The notes: a model not told the origin generated them from the letters alone. Counted from the first letter of the stretch, positions 38,858 through 49,511 are shown. The stretch: 64,000 nucleotides of DNA from Negativicutes bacterium (GCA_963665275.2 CAXXIN010000014.1:128001-192000), one strand, 5' to 3'. Translations and numbers: made by a program.

Positions 38858-38902
38858 AAAATGAAAAGCGGCAGCTCTTTTGGAGTTGCCGCTTTTCATT
38901 TT
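38858..38902. terminator. Bidirectional terminator
   Basis: aaaatgaaaagcggcagctc...gagttgccgcttttcatttt between convergent genes. Confidence 0.8.
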
Positions 38903-38935
38903 TCCAGATCGTTCACGCCAAACTGTGGCACCCGG

Positions 38936-40234
38936 TCAGAACAGTTTGGGCAGTGAGGGAACTTTCGGCAGCGATGGAAGTTGCGGTGGGGTTGGAACAC
39001 CGGGAAGCGTGCCGGGTAACATGCCTGGCAGCGCGAGGTTCAGAAAAGGAATCTTGAGTGCTTCGAGACTGTCGGCGTCGCCGATATAGATCGTTATTCC
39101 CGCTATCGTAACCCTGATATTATAGTAACGCGTGTAGCTTCCCCGCTTGGAGAAATTACCCGTCAGAGCTTCGAAGGCAACGCCCGAAATGGAGCCTGAT
39201 CCCATCTGAAAAGCGCCGTCGGCGCTAATGCCGGGTTGGGCGCCTTGCCCTTGCGCTTCGGCCTGGAAGTTGATCCGTCCATGGATATCCTTATCAGAGA
39301 GGTGGGCGCTGTCGATATTCTGTCCGGAGACTTTTTGCACATAACGCAGCGTATCCAGATAGATCGGACCGCTGGTGGTCAGGGAGCCCCCGAGGGAGTT
39401 CATCCTGGTATTGGAAAGTGAGAGAGTACTGCCTGAAAGTGAAAAATCACCTGCGGCATCTGTGAAGGCGATAGCTCCCGCACTGCCCGACGGATTCTGA
39501 AAAGTACCTGTAGCTGTGGGTTTGTCAGTGGTGCCTGACAACACGAAATTGGTGGTCAGTGCGCCTGTCAACGGGATATTGGGCGAGTAGGACGCAGGTT
39601 CGACCCGGTCGATGCCCACCTGGATATTCCCGCCGCCGCTGAAATTCCACAGTCCTTTGGCGGTGATGCCGGCAGAGCCGGACTTGGCTTTCAGGTCCAG
39701 GGAAAGGTCCGGGTGTTTGGCGAAATCGACAGTGCCATCCACATTTTTGAATTCATAGCGGTTTTCCACCATTAATACAGTGACTGTAGTATTGGTGGAA
39801 ACCAGCATTCCCCGGAAGATGGCGAGAGGAGCGGCGCTGGCTTTGGGCAGCGCTTCGGTGACATTCCAACGGTTCTCCTTGTCGCGGCTGAGATTGAGGA
39901 TCAAGCCGTCGAAGCTGACTTTGCGGATGCGGCTGATATCGAAGCTTCGGCTCAGCAGGTCGGACACATCCAGGTCAAGCGTCAAGGCTTTGGCAGCAGC
40001 GATCAGGGCGCCAGATTTATCTTTGAGTTCGACTTGCCTGACGACCAGGGCGCCCGGCAGGGAAAACTCGACATCGCCGACTGAAAGTGTTCCGTTGATT
40101 GAACTGGAGGCTGTCTGCAGCAGGAACTGCTTTGCTGCTCCAGTTGCGGAGGCGCCGAACATCTTCCAGGCCGCCGTGATGGCCAATAAACCGACGATCA
40201 AGCCGAGTACCAGATATTTTGCTTTCAGGTTCAT
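38936..40234 (-). CDS. AsmA-like envelope protein
   Basis: N-terminal TM helix, Gly-rich beta-strand repeats, LNLSRDKENRWN, Pro-rich tail. Confidence 0.7.
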   Translation of the reverse strand: MNLKAKYLVLGLIVGLLAITAAWKMFGASATGAAKQFLLQTASSSINGTLSVGDVEFSLPGALVVRQVELKDKSGALIAAAKALTLDLDVSDLLSRSFDISRIRKVSFDGLILNLSRDKENRWNVTEALPKASAAPLAIFRGMLVSTNTTVTVLMVENRYEFKNVDGTVDFAKHPDLSLDLKAKSGSAGITAKGLWNFSGGGNIQVGIDRVEPASYSPNIPLTGALTTNFVLSGTTDKPTATGTFQNPSGSAGAIAFTDAAGDFSLSGSTLSLSNTRMNSLGGSLTTSGPIYLDTLRYVQKVSGQNIDSAHLSDKDIHGRINFQAEAQGQGAQPGISADGAFQMGSGSISGVAFEALTGNFSKRGSYTRYYNIRVTIAGITIYIGDADSLEALKIPFLNLALPGMLPGTLPGVPTPPQLPSLPKVPSLPKLF

Positions 40235-40466
40235 ACGAACACCTTCTTTCGGGCTGCGCATATTGGGTAGCTATATTTTCATTATGACATATTTGGAGGA
40301 CCTTATCCTATAGGTCCGCAGTCTTGCCACAAAAATATTTTCTGAATTGAGCAAAAAAACTTATGGGAGGAGATTGGCTGCTAGCTAGCGAAATTAAGAA
40401 CCAAAATTCGGTACAAATTTTCGGCGAAAACGGTCAATTATTCAGGTATGGAGGGAAGCGAAAATT

Positions 40467-40811
40467 ATGAATGGGTTGGATTGGGTCGCGGAATTTCCGG
40501 GTGCAGTCACGGTCAGCAATACGCAGGGCGTCATCGTGTATATGAATCAAAAAGCGGAGAAGGGTTATGGCGGCAGTCTCGTCGGGCAAAATATGCTGGA
40601 GTGTCACCCTGAACCTGCCCGGACCAAGTTGATGAAGCTGATGGAAACGCAGGCAATCAACACATATACGATCGAAAAAAACGGCATTAAGAAACTGATT
40701 CATCAGGCGCCGTGGTTTACTGACGCTCAATACGCCGGGTTTGTCGAACTATCGATTGAAATCCCCTTTGAGATGCAGCACTTTGTCCGGGCGCCGCAAC
40801 CGGCGAAATAA
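40467..40811 (+). CDS. Stand-alone PAS-domain protein
   Basis: AVTV...GVIVYMN, LVGQNMLECHP and YTIEKNG motifs. Confidence 0.75.
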   Translation: MNGLDWVAEFPGAVTVSNTQGVIVYMNQKAEKGYGGSLVGQNMLECHPEPARTKLMKLMETQAINTYTIEKNGIKKLIHQAPWFTDAQYAGFVELSIEIPFEMQHFVRAPQPAK

Positions 40812-40878
40812 AATTTTACGCATCAAAAAAACAAGGAGGAGTGCATCGTCAATATTCTTGCATGAAACCCGGCAATAC

Positions 40879-40908
40879 AAAGGGGCGCCAATTGCATGGC
40901 GCCCCTTT
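40879..40908. terminator. Bidirectional terminator
   Basis: aaaggggcgcca-attgca-tggcgccccttt. Confidence 0.75.
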
Positions 40909-40921
40909 AAAATATTTGCAG

Positions 40922-41734
40922 TTAAATGGGAGTTGAGGGGGCGTGCCTTTTTTTCGCCGCCTCCAGCATATCCGGCAATGAAACCTCCGGGTTATGGTAA
41001 CGTTCTTTACCTGCCGTTTTTTTGGCAAACTGGATCGCTTCCTGCGGGCACCATTGTAGGCAGGCCAGGCACTGTTCGCAGTGGTGGAGCCAGAGGGGGC
41101 GTCCCGATTCCAAACGGATATTGGCGGCCGGGCAAACCTGAGAGCAGATGCCGCAGCTGTTGCATTTTTCATTGGCCCAGAAGTCCTTGTCCATTGCCGC
41201 GACCCGCGGCGCGGCCAGGGCGTTGATAGCCGAAAGAACAGCGTTTTGCCACCAGGGTCCTTTTTCGATCGATCCCGCTTTTTTATAAGATACAATAGTG
41301 GCGATTCGGTCCAGTTTCTGCGCGGCATCTGTGAATAATTTCTGTTGCTTTTCGGTTGGTTGGGCGCCATTCCAAATGATATAGTTTGATGGCGTCAGCA
41401 TTCCGAAGCCGGCGGAGAGAAAAATTCCCCGTTCGGATAAACGCGCCCGAAGCTGCAGCAGCGTAGCTGCAACTTGCCCGGCATTCACCGCCAATGCGAA
41501 AAAGTAGCAATTCGGTCGGGTTTTCAGCTGTCGGACAAACTCTTTGACGCGTTGCGGTAAGCCCCACATGTGAACGGGAAAGATGAGGCCGATCCGGTCG
41601 CAATCGTCGCCTGGAAGCTCATAGTCGGCACCCAGGGAATAAAGTTCGACGGGCTCATCGAGCCGTGCTGCCAACTGGCGGGCCACCCAGAGCGAGTTGC
41701 CGGTCCCGGTATAGTAATATAAGCGGGTTGACAT
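40922..41734 (-). CDS. EFR1-family flavodoxin-ferredoxin fusion
   Basis: YYTGTGNS, CNSCGICSQVCP, CEQCLACLQWCP and RYHNP motifs. Confidence 0.88.
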   Translation of the reverse strand: MSTRLYYYTGTGNSLWVARQLAARLDEPVELYSLGADYELPGDDCDRIGLIFPVHMWGLPQRVKEFVRQLKTRPNCYFFALAVNAGQVAATLLQLRARLSERGIFLSAGFGMLTPSNYIIWNGAQPTEKQQKLFTDAAQKLDRIATIVSYKKAGSIEKGPWWQNAVLSAINALAAPRVAAMDKDFWANEKCNSCGICSQVCPAANIRLESGRPLWLHHCEQCLACLQWCPQEAIQFAKKTAGKERYHNPEVSLPDMLEAAKKRHAPSTPI

Positions 41735-42024
41735 AGCGATAACCTCCCTGATGCATTGCATGGCGCAATCATTGGTTTACTGTTTTTGATCAAGACCCTC
41801 ATACCGTCATTATTCGCCAATGTTCCGTGTTTTCCTTGCCGCGTGAGATTCGTCCTGCCCCAAAGCAGTTTGCAGTAGGCTGATTTTTCTCGGGACGATC
41901 CAATTCGTGGCAGGATTGTCCGGTTTCAAAACGAATAAAGTAGGGATAACATAGTCTCGATCCTAATCACTTGAACAATAGAAAGATGCATGAACCATCA
42001 AAAATTGACAGGAGGGTTTCGTTT

Positions 42025-42801
42025 ATGCAACCACTTCAAGGAAAGATCGCTTTTATCAGCGGCGCAAGCAGTGGTATCGGTAAAGCCAGCGCCGAGGCCT
42101 TCGCCAAGGCCGGTGCCAAATTGATCCTGTGCGCCAGAAGCATCGACAAAATCAAGGCGCTGTCTGCCGCTCTGAAAGAGCAATATCAGACCGAGAGCAT
42201 TCCTGTCGAACTCGATGTGCGCAACCGAGCCAGCGTGACTGAAGCGATTGAGTCGTTGCCGGAGCCCTGGAAACACATCGACATTTTGGTGAATAACGCC
42301 GGCGGCGCATTGGGCATGGACAAGCTGCAAGAAGGGAATCCAGATGACTGGGACACGATGATCGATACGAATATCAAGGGCTTGCTGTACCTGACGCGTC
42401 AGGTCGTGCCGCTCATGCTGAAATATCAGCTCAACGGCCATGTGGTGAATATTGGTTCGACCGCCGGGATGCACGCTTATCCCAACGGTGCGGTCTATTG
42501 CGCGACAAAAGCCGCCGTGCAGTTCATCAGCGATGGGCTGCGGATGGATGTCGTGGATACGCCGATCCGGGTCACCAACATCCAGCCGGGAATGACACAA
42601 ACTAACTTCAGCAATGTACGGTTCCACGGCGACGAGCAAAAAGCGGCCAACGTCTATGAAGGAATTACCCCGTTGTCGCCTGAGGATATCGCGGATATCA
42701 TCGTTTACGCCACCAGCGCGCCGGCGCACGTGCAGATCTGCGAAGTGACAGTTACACCGACTCATCAGGCCACCGGCCGCGTCATGTATAAAACAAAGTA
42801 A
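42025..42801 (+). CDS. SDR oxidoreductase (YdfG-like)
   Basis: GASSGIG, NNAG, YCATK and FSNVRFHGD motifs. Confidence 0.9.
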   Translation: MQPLQGKIAFISGASSGIGKASAEAFAKAGAKLILCARSIDKIKALSAALKEQYQTESIPVELDVRNRASVTEAIESLPEPWKHIDILVNNAGGALGMDKLQEGNPDDWDTMIDTNIKGLLYLTRQVVPLMLKYQLNGHVVNIGSTAGMHAYPNGAVYCATKAAVQFISDGLRMDVVDTPIRVTNIQPGMTQTNFSNVRFHGDEQKAANVYEGITPLSPEDIADIIVYATSAPAHVQICEVTVTPTHQATGRVMYKTK

Positions 42802-42878
42802 CAATTGACAAAACGCAGCAGCTCCCGGAGCTTGAAACGCGGAGTGCTGTAAAAGTGAAAAGGAAAGAAGTTTAGCGG

Positions 42879-43232
42879 ATGGAAAAAATAAAAGCGCTGC
42901 TCATCGGGTTCACAGGAGGCATTGTTGGGGGCTTGCTGGGTATCGGCGGCGCCATCGTTCTCGTTCCCCTCATGGTCAATTGTCTGGGTGTGAGTCAGCA
43001 TATGGCGCACGCCACCAGTCTGGCGGTGATCATCCCGGGAGCCGCCATCAGCGCGCTCGTTTATCAGGGATTCGGGCAGCTTGACCTCGGGCTTGCCGGC
43101 ATGTTTGCAGTCGGTGGAATCGGCGGCGCCTATATTGGCGCATCCCTTATGCCCTATGTCAAACCTTATATTCTCAAACGGATTTTTGCGGTTGTCGCTC
43201 TTGCGCTCGCCATCCGGATGGGGGTGAGCTAA
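42879..43232 (+). CDS. Half-size TauE/SafE (TSUP) permease
   Basis: GGLLGIGGA..VP and QHMAHATSL motifs. Confidence 0.85.
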   Translation: MEKIKALLIGFTGGIVGGLLGIGGAIVLVPLMVNCLGVSQHMAHATSLAVIIPGAAISALVYQGFGQLDLGLAGMFAVGGIGGAYIGASLMPYVKPYILKRIFAVVALALAIRMGVS

Positions 43233-43234
43233 CG

Positions 43235-43666
43235 ATGCTGATCATCGCAATTCTAACAGGCATGGTCACAGGCGTGCTCAGTGGACTGCTCGGAATCGGC
43301 GGCGGTGCAATTCTGGTGGTTTCCGCCGTGGTGTTCATGGGTGTCGGGCAACATGCGGCGCAGGCCGCCGCACTGGTCGCGATGATACCGACCGCATTGG
43401 TCGGCGTGGCCAAGCATCACCGCAACAAGATGATCAACTATCAGGTGGCTCCTTATCTGGCGCTGGGTCTCGTCCTCGGGGGCATGATCGGGGCTTATGC
43501 CGCCAACAATATCTCAGACACGCTTCTTCGCAAAATTTTCAGCGTGTTCTTCAGCCTAATGAGCGTGCAAATGTTCTGGACCTCCTATAAACAGGAGAAA
43601 CTGGCGAAAGCGGCAGAGCGGCAGAGCGGCAGGCAGCGGCTGAAAAAGGGACAAAATGAAAATTGA
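43235..43666 (+). CDS. Half-size TauE/SafE (TSUP) permease
   Basis: SGLLGIGGG and QHAAQA motifs. Confidence 0.85.
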   Translation: MLIIAILTGMVTGVLSGLLGIGGGAILVVSAVVFMGVGQHAAQAAALVAMIPTALVGVAKHHRNKMINYQVAPYLALGLVLGGMIGAYAANNISDTLLRKIFSVFFSLMSVQMFWTSYKQEKLAKAAERQSGRQRLKKGQNEN

Positions 43667-44288
43667 ACGGTCAATCATGAACCCGAACTTGCTTGAAGTA
43701 GTGGACGAAAACACACAGAATAAATTTTACGGCTGCAATCAGGAATGGTATACGACCGAGTGGCAAAGGCGCGCCGGCTGCGGTCCTTCGGTCGCCTGCA
43801 ACATCATACGTTATCTGAGCAGCGCGCCTGAAGCAACCAACAGCAAAGCAGATTGGCTGTCCCTGATGGAGGAATCTTGGGAACATGTGACGCCAACGAC
43901 CAGAGGGATGCCCACGACCCAGTTGTTCTATGACTCGGTGCTTGCATATGCCCGGGCCAAGGGGCTGAATATCGAATGCCACTGCTGCGACATCCCGGAA
44001 GATGCGGCCTGCCGACCTGATTTGCCGACTATACTGCACTTTGTTGAAAGCGGCCTGCTGAACGATGCTCCCATCGCTTTTTTGAACCTATGCAATGGCG
44101 AGGAGAAAAATTTGTACCGCTGGCATTGGGTGACGATCATTTCTCTGGATTATGTTGCAGGTGGCAACCAGGCTTTGGTGAAGATTCTCGATGAAGGATT
44201 GGTGAAAGAAATCGATCTCGCGTTGTGGCATGAAACGACAACGCTGGGCGGTGGGTTCGTATATTTTACCGAAAATGAAGGGAAGTAG
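43656..44288 (+). CDS. Hypothetical protein, possible papain-like (C39-like) fold
   Basis: NQEWY..RAGCGP, WHWVTI and ILDEG give Q, C, H, D in papain-like order. Confidence 0.55.
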   Translation: MKIERSIMNPNLLEVVDENTQNKFYGCNQEWYTTEWQRRAGCGPSVACNIIRYLSSAPEATNSKADWLSLMEESWEHVTPTTRGMPTTQLFYDSVLAYARAKGLNIECHCCDIPEDAACRPDLPTILHFVESGLLNDAPIAFLNLCNGEEKNLYRWHWVTIISLDYVAGGNQALVKILDEGLVKEIDLALWHETTTLGGGFVYFTENEGK

Positions 44289-47200
44289 ATGAGCATGGCG
44301 AAACGAAAAATGAAAACAATGGACGGGAATACAGCGGCCGCATATGTTTCTTATGCGTTTACCGAGGTCGCCGCTATCTATCCGATCACGCCGTCGTCCC
44401 AAATGGCGGAGCTGGCTGATGAATGGTCGGCATTGGGAAAGAAAAACATTTTTGGACAGCCGGTCCGCGTCGTGCAGATGCAGTCGGAAGGCGGCGCGGC
44501 GGGAGCATTGCACGGCTCTCTGCAGGCCGGGGCCTTGTCGACTACCTACACGGCTTCACAAGGTCTGTTGCTCATGATCCCCAATATGTACAAAATCGCC
44601 GGCGAGTTGCTGCCCGCTGTTTTCCATGTCAGCGCCCGGGCTCTGGCGGCCAATGCGCTCAGTATATTCGGCGACCATCAGGATGTCATGGCCACTAGGC
44701 AAACGGGGTTTGCCCTACTGGCCTCGAGCAGTGTTCAGGAAGCCATGGACCTGGCGGCAGTCGCTCATTTGTCAGCTATCCGGGGACGCTTGCCCTTTCT
44801 TCATTTCTTTGATGGATTCCGCACGAGCCATGAGGTCCAGAAAATTGAAGTGCTGGAATATGACGAACTGGCGGCGCTGCTTGATACCGAAGCGGTCAGG
44901 GAATTCCGCGACCGGTCGCTCAGCCCCAATCATCCGGTGACTCGAGGTACGACGCAAAACCCTGATATTTATTTTCAGACGCGTGAGGCCGTCAATAAGT
45001 TTTACGCGGCTCTGCCTGGCATCGTCGAAGAAAGCATGCGACAGATCAACGAACTGACCGGCCGAAACTACCAGCTGTTCAATTACTATGGCGCACCTGA
45101 TGCCGAGCGGGTCGTTGTCGCCATGGGGTCGGCCTGTGATGCGATCAGGGAAACCATCGATTATTTGAGCGCCAAAGGCGACAAGGTCGGCTTGCTGGAA
45201 GTTCATCTGTACCGGCCTTTTGCCATCGAACGTTTTCTGGCTGCGATTCCGCCTGGCGTCCGCAAGATCGCCGTTCTGGACCGGACCAAAGAGCCGGGCG
45301 CGGCAGGAGATCCGCTGTACCTGGACGTCCGCAACGCCTATTGCGGAAAAGACGGCGCGCCTCTTATCGTGGGCGGCCGCTACGGCCTGGGTTCCAAGGA
45401 CTTCACGCCGGCGGACATTGCCGCAGTTTATGAAAACCTGAAACTGGAAAACCCGAAAAACGGGTTTACAGTGAGCATTGTGGATGACGTGACTTTTGCT
45501 TCGCTGCCGGAATACGGACAGGACATTGATACCACCCCCGCAGGAACCACCTGCTGCAAATTCTGGGGTCTGGGGTCGGACGGAACGGTCAGCGCCAACA
45601 AGAGCGCCATCAAGATCATCGGCGATCATACCGACATGTACGCACAGGCTTATTTTGCCTACGATGCGAAAAAATCCGGCGGCATCACCGTGTCGCACCT
45701 GCGGTTCGGAAAATCACCCATCCGATCATCCTACCTCATTAACAAGGCCGACTTCGTGGCCTGCCACAATCAGTCCTATGTCAACAAATACAATGTTCTC
45801 GCCGGACTGAAACCGGGCGGCAAGTTCCTGCTTAATTGCGAATGGAGTGAACAGGAACTGGAGGCCACCCTGCCAGGATTCATGAAGCGTTTCATCGCCC
45901 GTAACGGCATCCAGTTCTACACCATCGACGCCCTGAAACTCGCGGCGGAGATCGGGCTGGGCGGACGGATCAACATGATCATGCAGTCGGCATTCTTCAA
46001 ACTGGCCGAAATCATCCCGATGGCTGATGCCGTCAGCTATCTGAAGGAAGCGCTGGCCGAAGATTACGGCAAACAGGGGCAGAAGGTCATCGACATGAAC
46101 TATGCGGCCGTGGAACAGGGCATGAATGCGGTCGTGAAGATCGCCGTGCCGGAAGCCTGGAACAACGCAGTCGACAAAGAATCCGACATTCAGCACGTCG
46201 CGTGCGCCTGCTCGAGTGATATCGCGCTCAGCGGGATGCCTGCCTTTGTCAATGAAATGCTGGTTCCGATGAACCGCCAGGAAGGCGACCAGCTGCCTGT
46301 CAGCATGTTCAACGGCCGCGAGGACGGGACTTTCCCCTCCGGCACAACCGCCTATGAAAAACGAGGTGTCGCAGTAGAAGTGCCGGAATGGCAGTCTGAC
46401 AAGTGTATTCAGTGCAATCAGTGCGCGTTCGTATGTCCGCATGCCGTCATCCGCCCGCTGCTGATCGACAGCGGGGAAATGGCTGCCGCGCCTGCAGGGT
46501 TTGCGGTCAGGCCCGCCACCGGCTATCCGGGACAACATTTCCATCTCGCCATTTCCGCACTGGATTGCACCGGTTGCGGCAGTTGCGTCGAGGTCTGTCC
46601 GGTCAAAGGGAAAGCGCTCGAGATGAAGTCGCTGGCCAGCCAGCTTCCCCGGGGCGAAGAATGGTGGGCTTTTGCCGGCAGCATTGCGGTCAAGCCGATT
46701 GACGCGAAACAGAAACTGACAGTCAAAGGCAGTCAGTTCGCCCAGCCTTTGCAGGAATTCTCCGGCGCCTGTGCTGGCTGCGGCGAAACGCCGTATGCGA
46801 AACTCATTACCCAACTGGTGGGCGACCGGATGATGATTTCCAACGCCGCGGGCTGCTCCACCGTGTGGGGGGCCAGCGCCCCGTCCATGTCCTATTGCAA
46901 AAACGCAGACGGATGCGGCCCGGCTTGGGCCTTCTCGCTGTTCGAAGACAATGCCGAATACGGCTTCGGCATGCATGTGGGGGTAGCGCAGCTGCGCCGG
47001 ACCTTGCAGGGAAAACTGGAGGAAGCTCTGACGCACAATCCGCCTTCCCAGCTGCGGGACGCCATCACCGACTGGATGGCGCACATGGCGGAAGGAAATG
47101 GCACCCGCGAACGGGCCGGCCGCCTGATCGCAGCGCTGGAGTCCGCCAAGGGCAACGATGCGTTGCTGAACGAAATCTATGACCAACGCGATTATCTGGT

Positions 47201-47852
47201 GAAACGTTCCCAATGGATTTTCGGCGGCGACGGCTGGGCTTACGACATCGGCTACGGCGGCCTCGACCATGTGATGGCCTCCGGCGAAGACGTCAATGTA
47301 CTGGTCTTTGACACCGAAGTTTATTCCAACACCGGCGGGCAGTCGTCCAAGGCTACGCCGACGGCGGCAGTCGCCCAGTTCGCGTCCAGCGGCAAGAAAA
47401 CACGCAAAAAAGATCTGGGAGTCATGGCGATGTCCTATGGTTATGTGTATGTGGCCCAAATTGCCATGGGAGCTGACAGGAACCAGACCTTGAAAGCCAT
47501 TACCGAGGCGGAAGCATATCCCGGCCCCTCGCTCGTCATCGCTTACGCTCCCTGCGTCAGCCACGGTATTCAGGGCGGGATGCGCTACAGTCAGGAACAG
47601 GCGAAAAAAGCAGTGGAATCGGGTTACTGGCATCTGTATCGGTACAATCCGGAATTAAAAGAGCAAGGGGCCAATCCCTTTATGCTGGATTCGAAAGAAC
47701 CAACCGCCAGTTTCCAGGAATTCCTGAAAACCGAAGTCCGGTATTCGGGGCTGATGCGACAATTCCCGGCAACGGCGCAGGCCCTCTTCGACAAAGCGGA
47801 ACGGGATGCCCGGGATCGCCTGGACACTTACAAACGGCTGGCCTCACACTAA
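44289..47852 (+). CDS. nifJ: Pyruvate:ferredoxin (flavodoxin) oxidoreductase
   Basis: YPITPSS, GGRYGLGSK, two CxxCxxCxxxCP motifs, EFSGACAGCGE, GGDGWAYDIG and YSNTGGQ. Confidence 0.96.
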   Translation: MSMAKRKMKTMDGNTAAAYVSYAFTEVAAIYPITPSSQMAELADEWSALGKKNIFGQPVRVVQMQSEGGAAGALHGSLQAGALSTTYTASQGLLLMIPNMYKIAGELLPAVFHVSARALAANALSIFGDHQDVMATRQTGFALLASSSVQEAMDLAAVAHLSAIRGRLPFLHFFDGFRTSHEVQKIEVLEYDELAALLDTEAVREFRDRSLSPNHPVTRGTTQNPDIYFQTREAVNKFYAALPGIVEESMRQINELTGRNYQLFNYYGAPDAERVVVAMGSACDAIRETIDYLSAKGDKVGLLEVHLYRPFAIERFLAAIPPGVRKIAVLDRTKEPGAAGDPLYLDVRNAYCGKDGAPLIVGGRYGLGSKDFTPADIAAVYENLKLENPKNGFTVSIVDDVTFASLPEYGQDIDTTPAGTTCCKFWGLGSDGTVSANKSAIKIIGDHTDMYAQAYFAYDAKKSGGITVSHLRFGKSPIRSSYLINKADFVACHNQSYVNKYNVLAGLKPGGKFLLNCEWSEQELEATLPGFMKRFIARNGIQFYTIDALKLAAEIGLGGRINMIMQSAFFKLAEIIPMADAVSYLKEALAEDYGKQGQKVIDMNYAAVEQGMNAVVKIAVPEAWNNAVDKESDIQHVACACSSDIALSGMPAFVNEMLVPMNRQEGDQLPVSMFNGREDGTFPSGTTAYEKRGVAVEVPEWQSDKCIQCNQCAFVCPHAVIRPLLIDSGEMAAAPAGFAVRPATGYPGQHFHLAISALDCTGCGSCVEVCPVKGKALEMKSLASQLPRGEEWWAFAGSIAVKPIDAKQKLTVKGSQFAQPLQEFSGACAGCGETPYAKLITQLVGDRMMISNAAGCSTVWGASAPSMSYCKNADGCGPAWAFSLFEDNAEYGFGMHVGVAQLRRTLQGKLEEALTHNPPSQLRDAITDWMAHMAEGNGTRERAGRLIAALESAKGNDALLNEIYDQRDYLVKRSQWIFGGDGWAYDIGYGGLDHVMASGEDVNVLVFDTEVYSNTGGQSSKATPTAAVAQFASSGKKTRKKDLGVMAMSYGYVYVAQIAMGADRNQTLKAITEAEAYPGPSLVIAYAPCVSHGIQGGMRYSQEQAKKAVESGYWHLYRYNPELKEQGANPFMLDSKEPTASFQEFLKTEVRYSGLMRQFPATAQALFDKAERDARDRLDTYKRLASH

Positions 47853-47861
47853 AAGAACCAG

Positions 47862-47887
47862 AACCCCGGTTTGCGCCGGGGTTTTTT
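47862..47887 (+). terminator. Rho-independent terminator
   Basis: aaccccggt-ttgc-gccggggtttttt. Confidence 0.85.
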
Positions 47888-48007
47888 CATGGGGAGGACA
47901 CGGGTCTTAATGTGTCGAAGAATTAAAATACGGGAAGGGGTAGTATATAGACTAAAAAAGTTATCAGACTCCACGATCCTGAATAACTCAAGGGCAGGAG
48001 CAAACAA

Positions 48008-48952
48008 ATGAAATTGATTGATTTACATTGCGATACAATTATGCAGTTCATGGAAGCTACCGAAGAAACGGGTCTCTGGGAAAATAAATTCAGTGTTGAC
48101 ATACAGAAGCTGCGCCGTGGCAATGTGGCGGCCCAGTTTTTCGCGTTGTATGTTGATTTGGGTAAAACGGATACTCCGATGGAAACCTGCCTGGCAATGC
48201 TGGACCGGTTTTATCTGGAAATGGAAAAAAACAAGGAACACATCCGTCTGGCCACTTGTGCCAGCGACCTGATGGGTAATGCCGCGGCAGGAAAAATTTC
48301 GGCGTTTCTGACAATCGAAGAAGGGGCGGCGTTGCAAGGTAAGCTGGCGAATCTGCGCAATTTCTATCGTTTGGGGGTGCGGCTGATCACGCTCAGTTGG
48401 AACTACCCCAACGAAATTGGTTTCCCCAACGCTCTGGAAGAATGTCGCGACAAAGGGCTGACCGAGTTCGGCCGCGAAGTCGTGAGCGAGATGAACCGGC
48501 TAGGTATGGTGATTGATGTATCCCATCTTTCTGATGCTGGTTTTTATGATGTAGCGAGATTTTCGCAACATCCGTTTGTGGCATCTCACTCCAACGCCCG
48601 CGCCGTAACCGGCCATTCACGAAATTTGACCGATGACATGATTCGTGTTCTGGCCGAAAAAGGAGGCGTAACCGGGATAAATTTCGCCCAGGATTTTTTG
48701 GGCGACGACCCTGAGCTTAGCCATATCGCCGATATGGTGCGGCATATCATCCACATCAAGAAAATTGGCGGCATTGACGTTATCGCTATCGGTACTGACT
48801 TTGATGGCATAGATCCCCGGCAGGAAATTGCCGACAGCGGGGAGATGGGCAAGTTGGCGGATGCTTTGGCTACGGCTGGGTTCGCGGAAACAGAAATCGA
48901 AAAAATCTTTTATCAAAATTCGTTTCGCGTCATTCAGGACGTGCTCGGTTAG
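48008..48952 (+). CDS. Membrane dipeptidase (peptidase M19)
   Basis: DLHCDT, DVSHLS, ASHSN, RNLTD and GTDFDG motifs. Confidence 0.92.
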   Translation: MKLIDLHCDTIMQFMEATEETGLWENKFSVDIQKLRRGNVAAQFFALYVDLGKTDTPMETCLAMLDRFYLEMEKNKEHIRLATCASDLMGNAAAGKISAFLTIEEGAALQGKLANLRNFYRLGVRLITLSWNYPNEIGFPNALEECRDKGLTEFGREVVSEMNRLGMVIDVSHLSDAGFYDVARFSQHPFVASHSNARAVTGHSRNLTDDMIRVLAEKGGVTGINFAQDFLGDDPELSHIADMVRHIIHIKKIGGIDVIAIGTDFDGIDPRQEIADSGEMGKLADALATAGFAETEIEKIFYQNSFRVIQDVLG

Positions 48953-48997
48953 TTTTGCGTCGATCAATTCCAAAATACTTCTGGGAGGATGAAGTAT

Positions 48998-49273
48998 ATG
49001 CAAAAACGGCCTAACGTCTATGTCACCCGAATGATACCGGAGGCGCCCATCATACTTCTGAAATCGCCTGGGCTTTGTTATTTGCAGTAGCCCGGCGGGT
49101 GGCCGATGATGTTTCTCGGTCAGGAGATTATGGGCAAGACGCTAGGTGTTATCGGAACAGGCCGCATCGGCAGTTAAATGGCCCGCGGGGCGCAAGGGTT
49201 CGGCATGAGGGTGCTGTGCTGCGATGAATTCAAGAAATCCGAACTGGAAAAAGACCTGGGAACTACTTACTGA
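48998..49273 (+). pseudogene. Collapsed D-2-hydroxyacid dehydrogenase (glyoxylate reductase-like) pseudogene
   Basis: GGAGG RBS, MQKRPNVYVTRMIPE, then a jump to PMMFLGQEIMGKTLGVIGTGRIGS*MARGAQGFGM. Confidence 0.75.
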
Positions 49274-49337
49274 AAAATAATCGGACATCGCATGGGTGAA
49301 AACTGGATCGACGTCCAATAATTGAATTCGTTCCTGA

Positions 49338-49392
49338 GAAAACAGCAGCAGAGATTTTGTAACAATGTTATAAAATCTCTGCTGCTGTTTTC
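49338..49392. repeat. 26-bp inverted repeat (one G-T mismatch)
   Basis: gaaaacagcagcagagattttgtaac-aat-gttataaaatctctgctgctgttttc. Confidence 0.85.
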
Positions 49393-49511
49393 GATAAAGT
49401 TCGTTTCGTTGTTCTAATGTGCTAAAAGCGAATTAAGCATAGACTTAGAAATAGGCTGGTGGGTTTGCATGGACTTCACCAGGCAAAAACCTGAGAGGGG
49501 GAAGTGGCAGA

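Noticed and set aside
45726-47633. 635-aa antisense ORF (similarly 18868-20256, 41998-42804, 44772-45698)
   Set aside because: Shadow frames opposite well-conserved GC-rich genes, with no recognisable motifs
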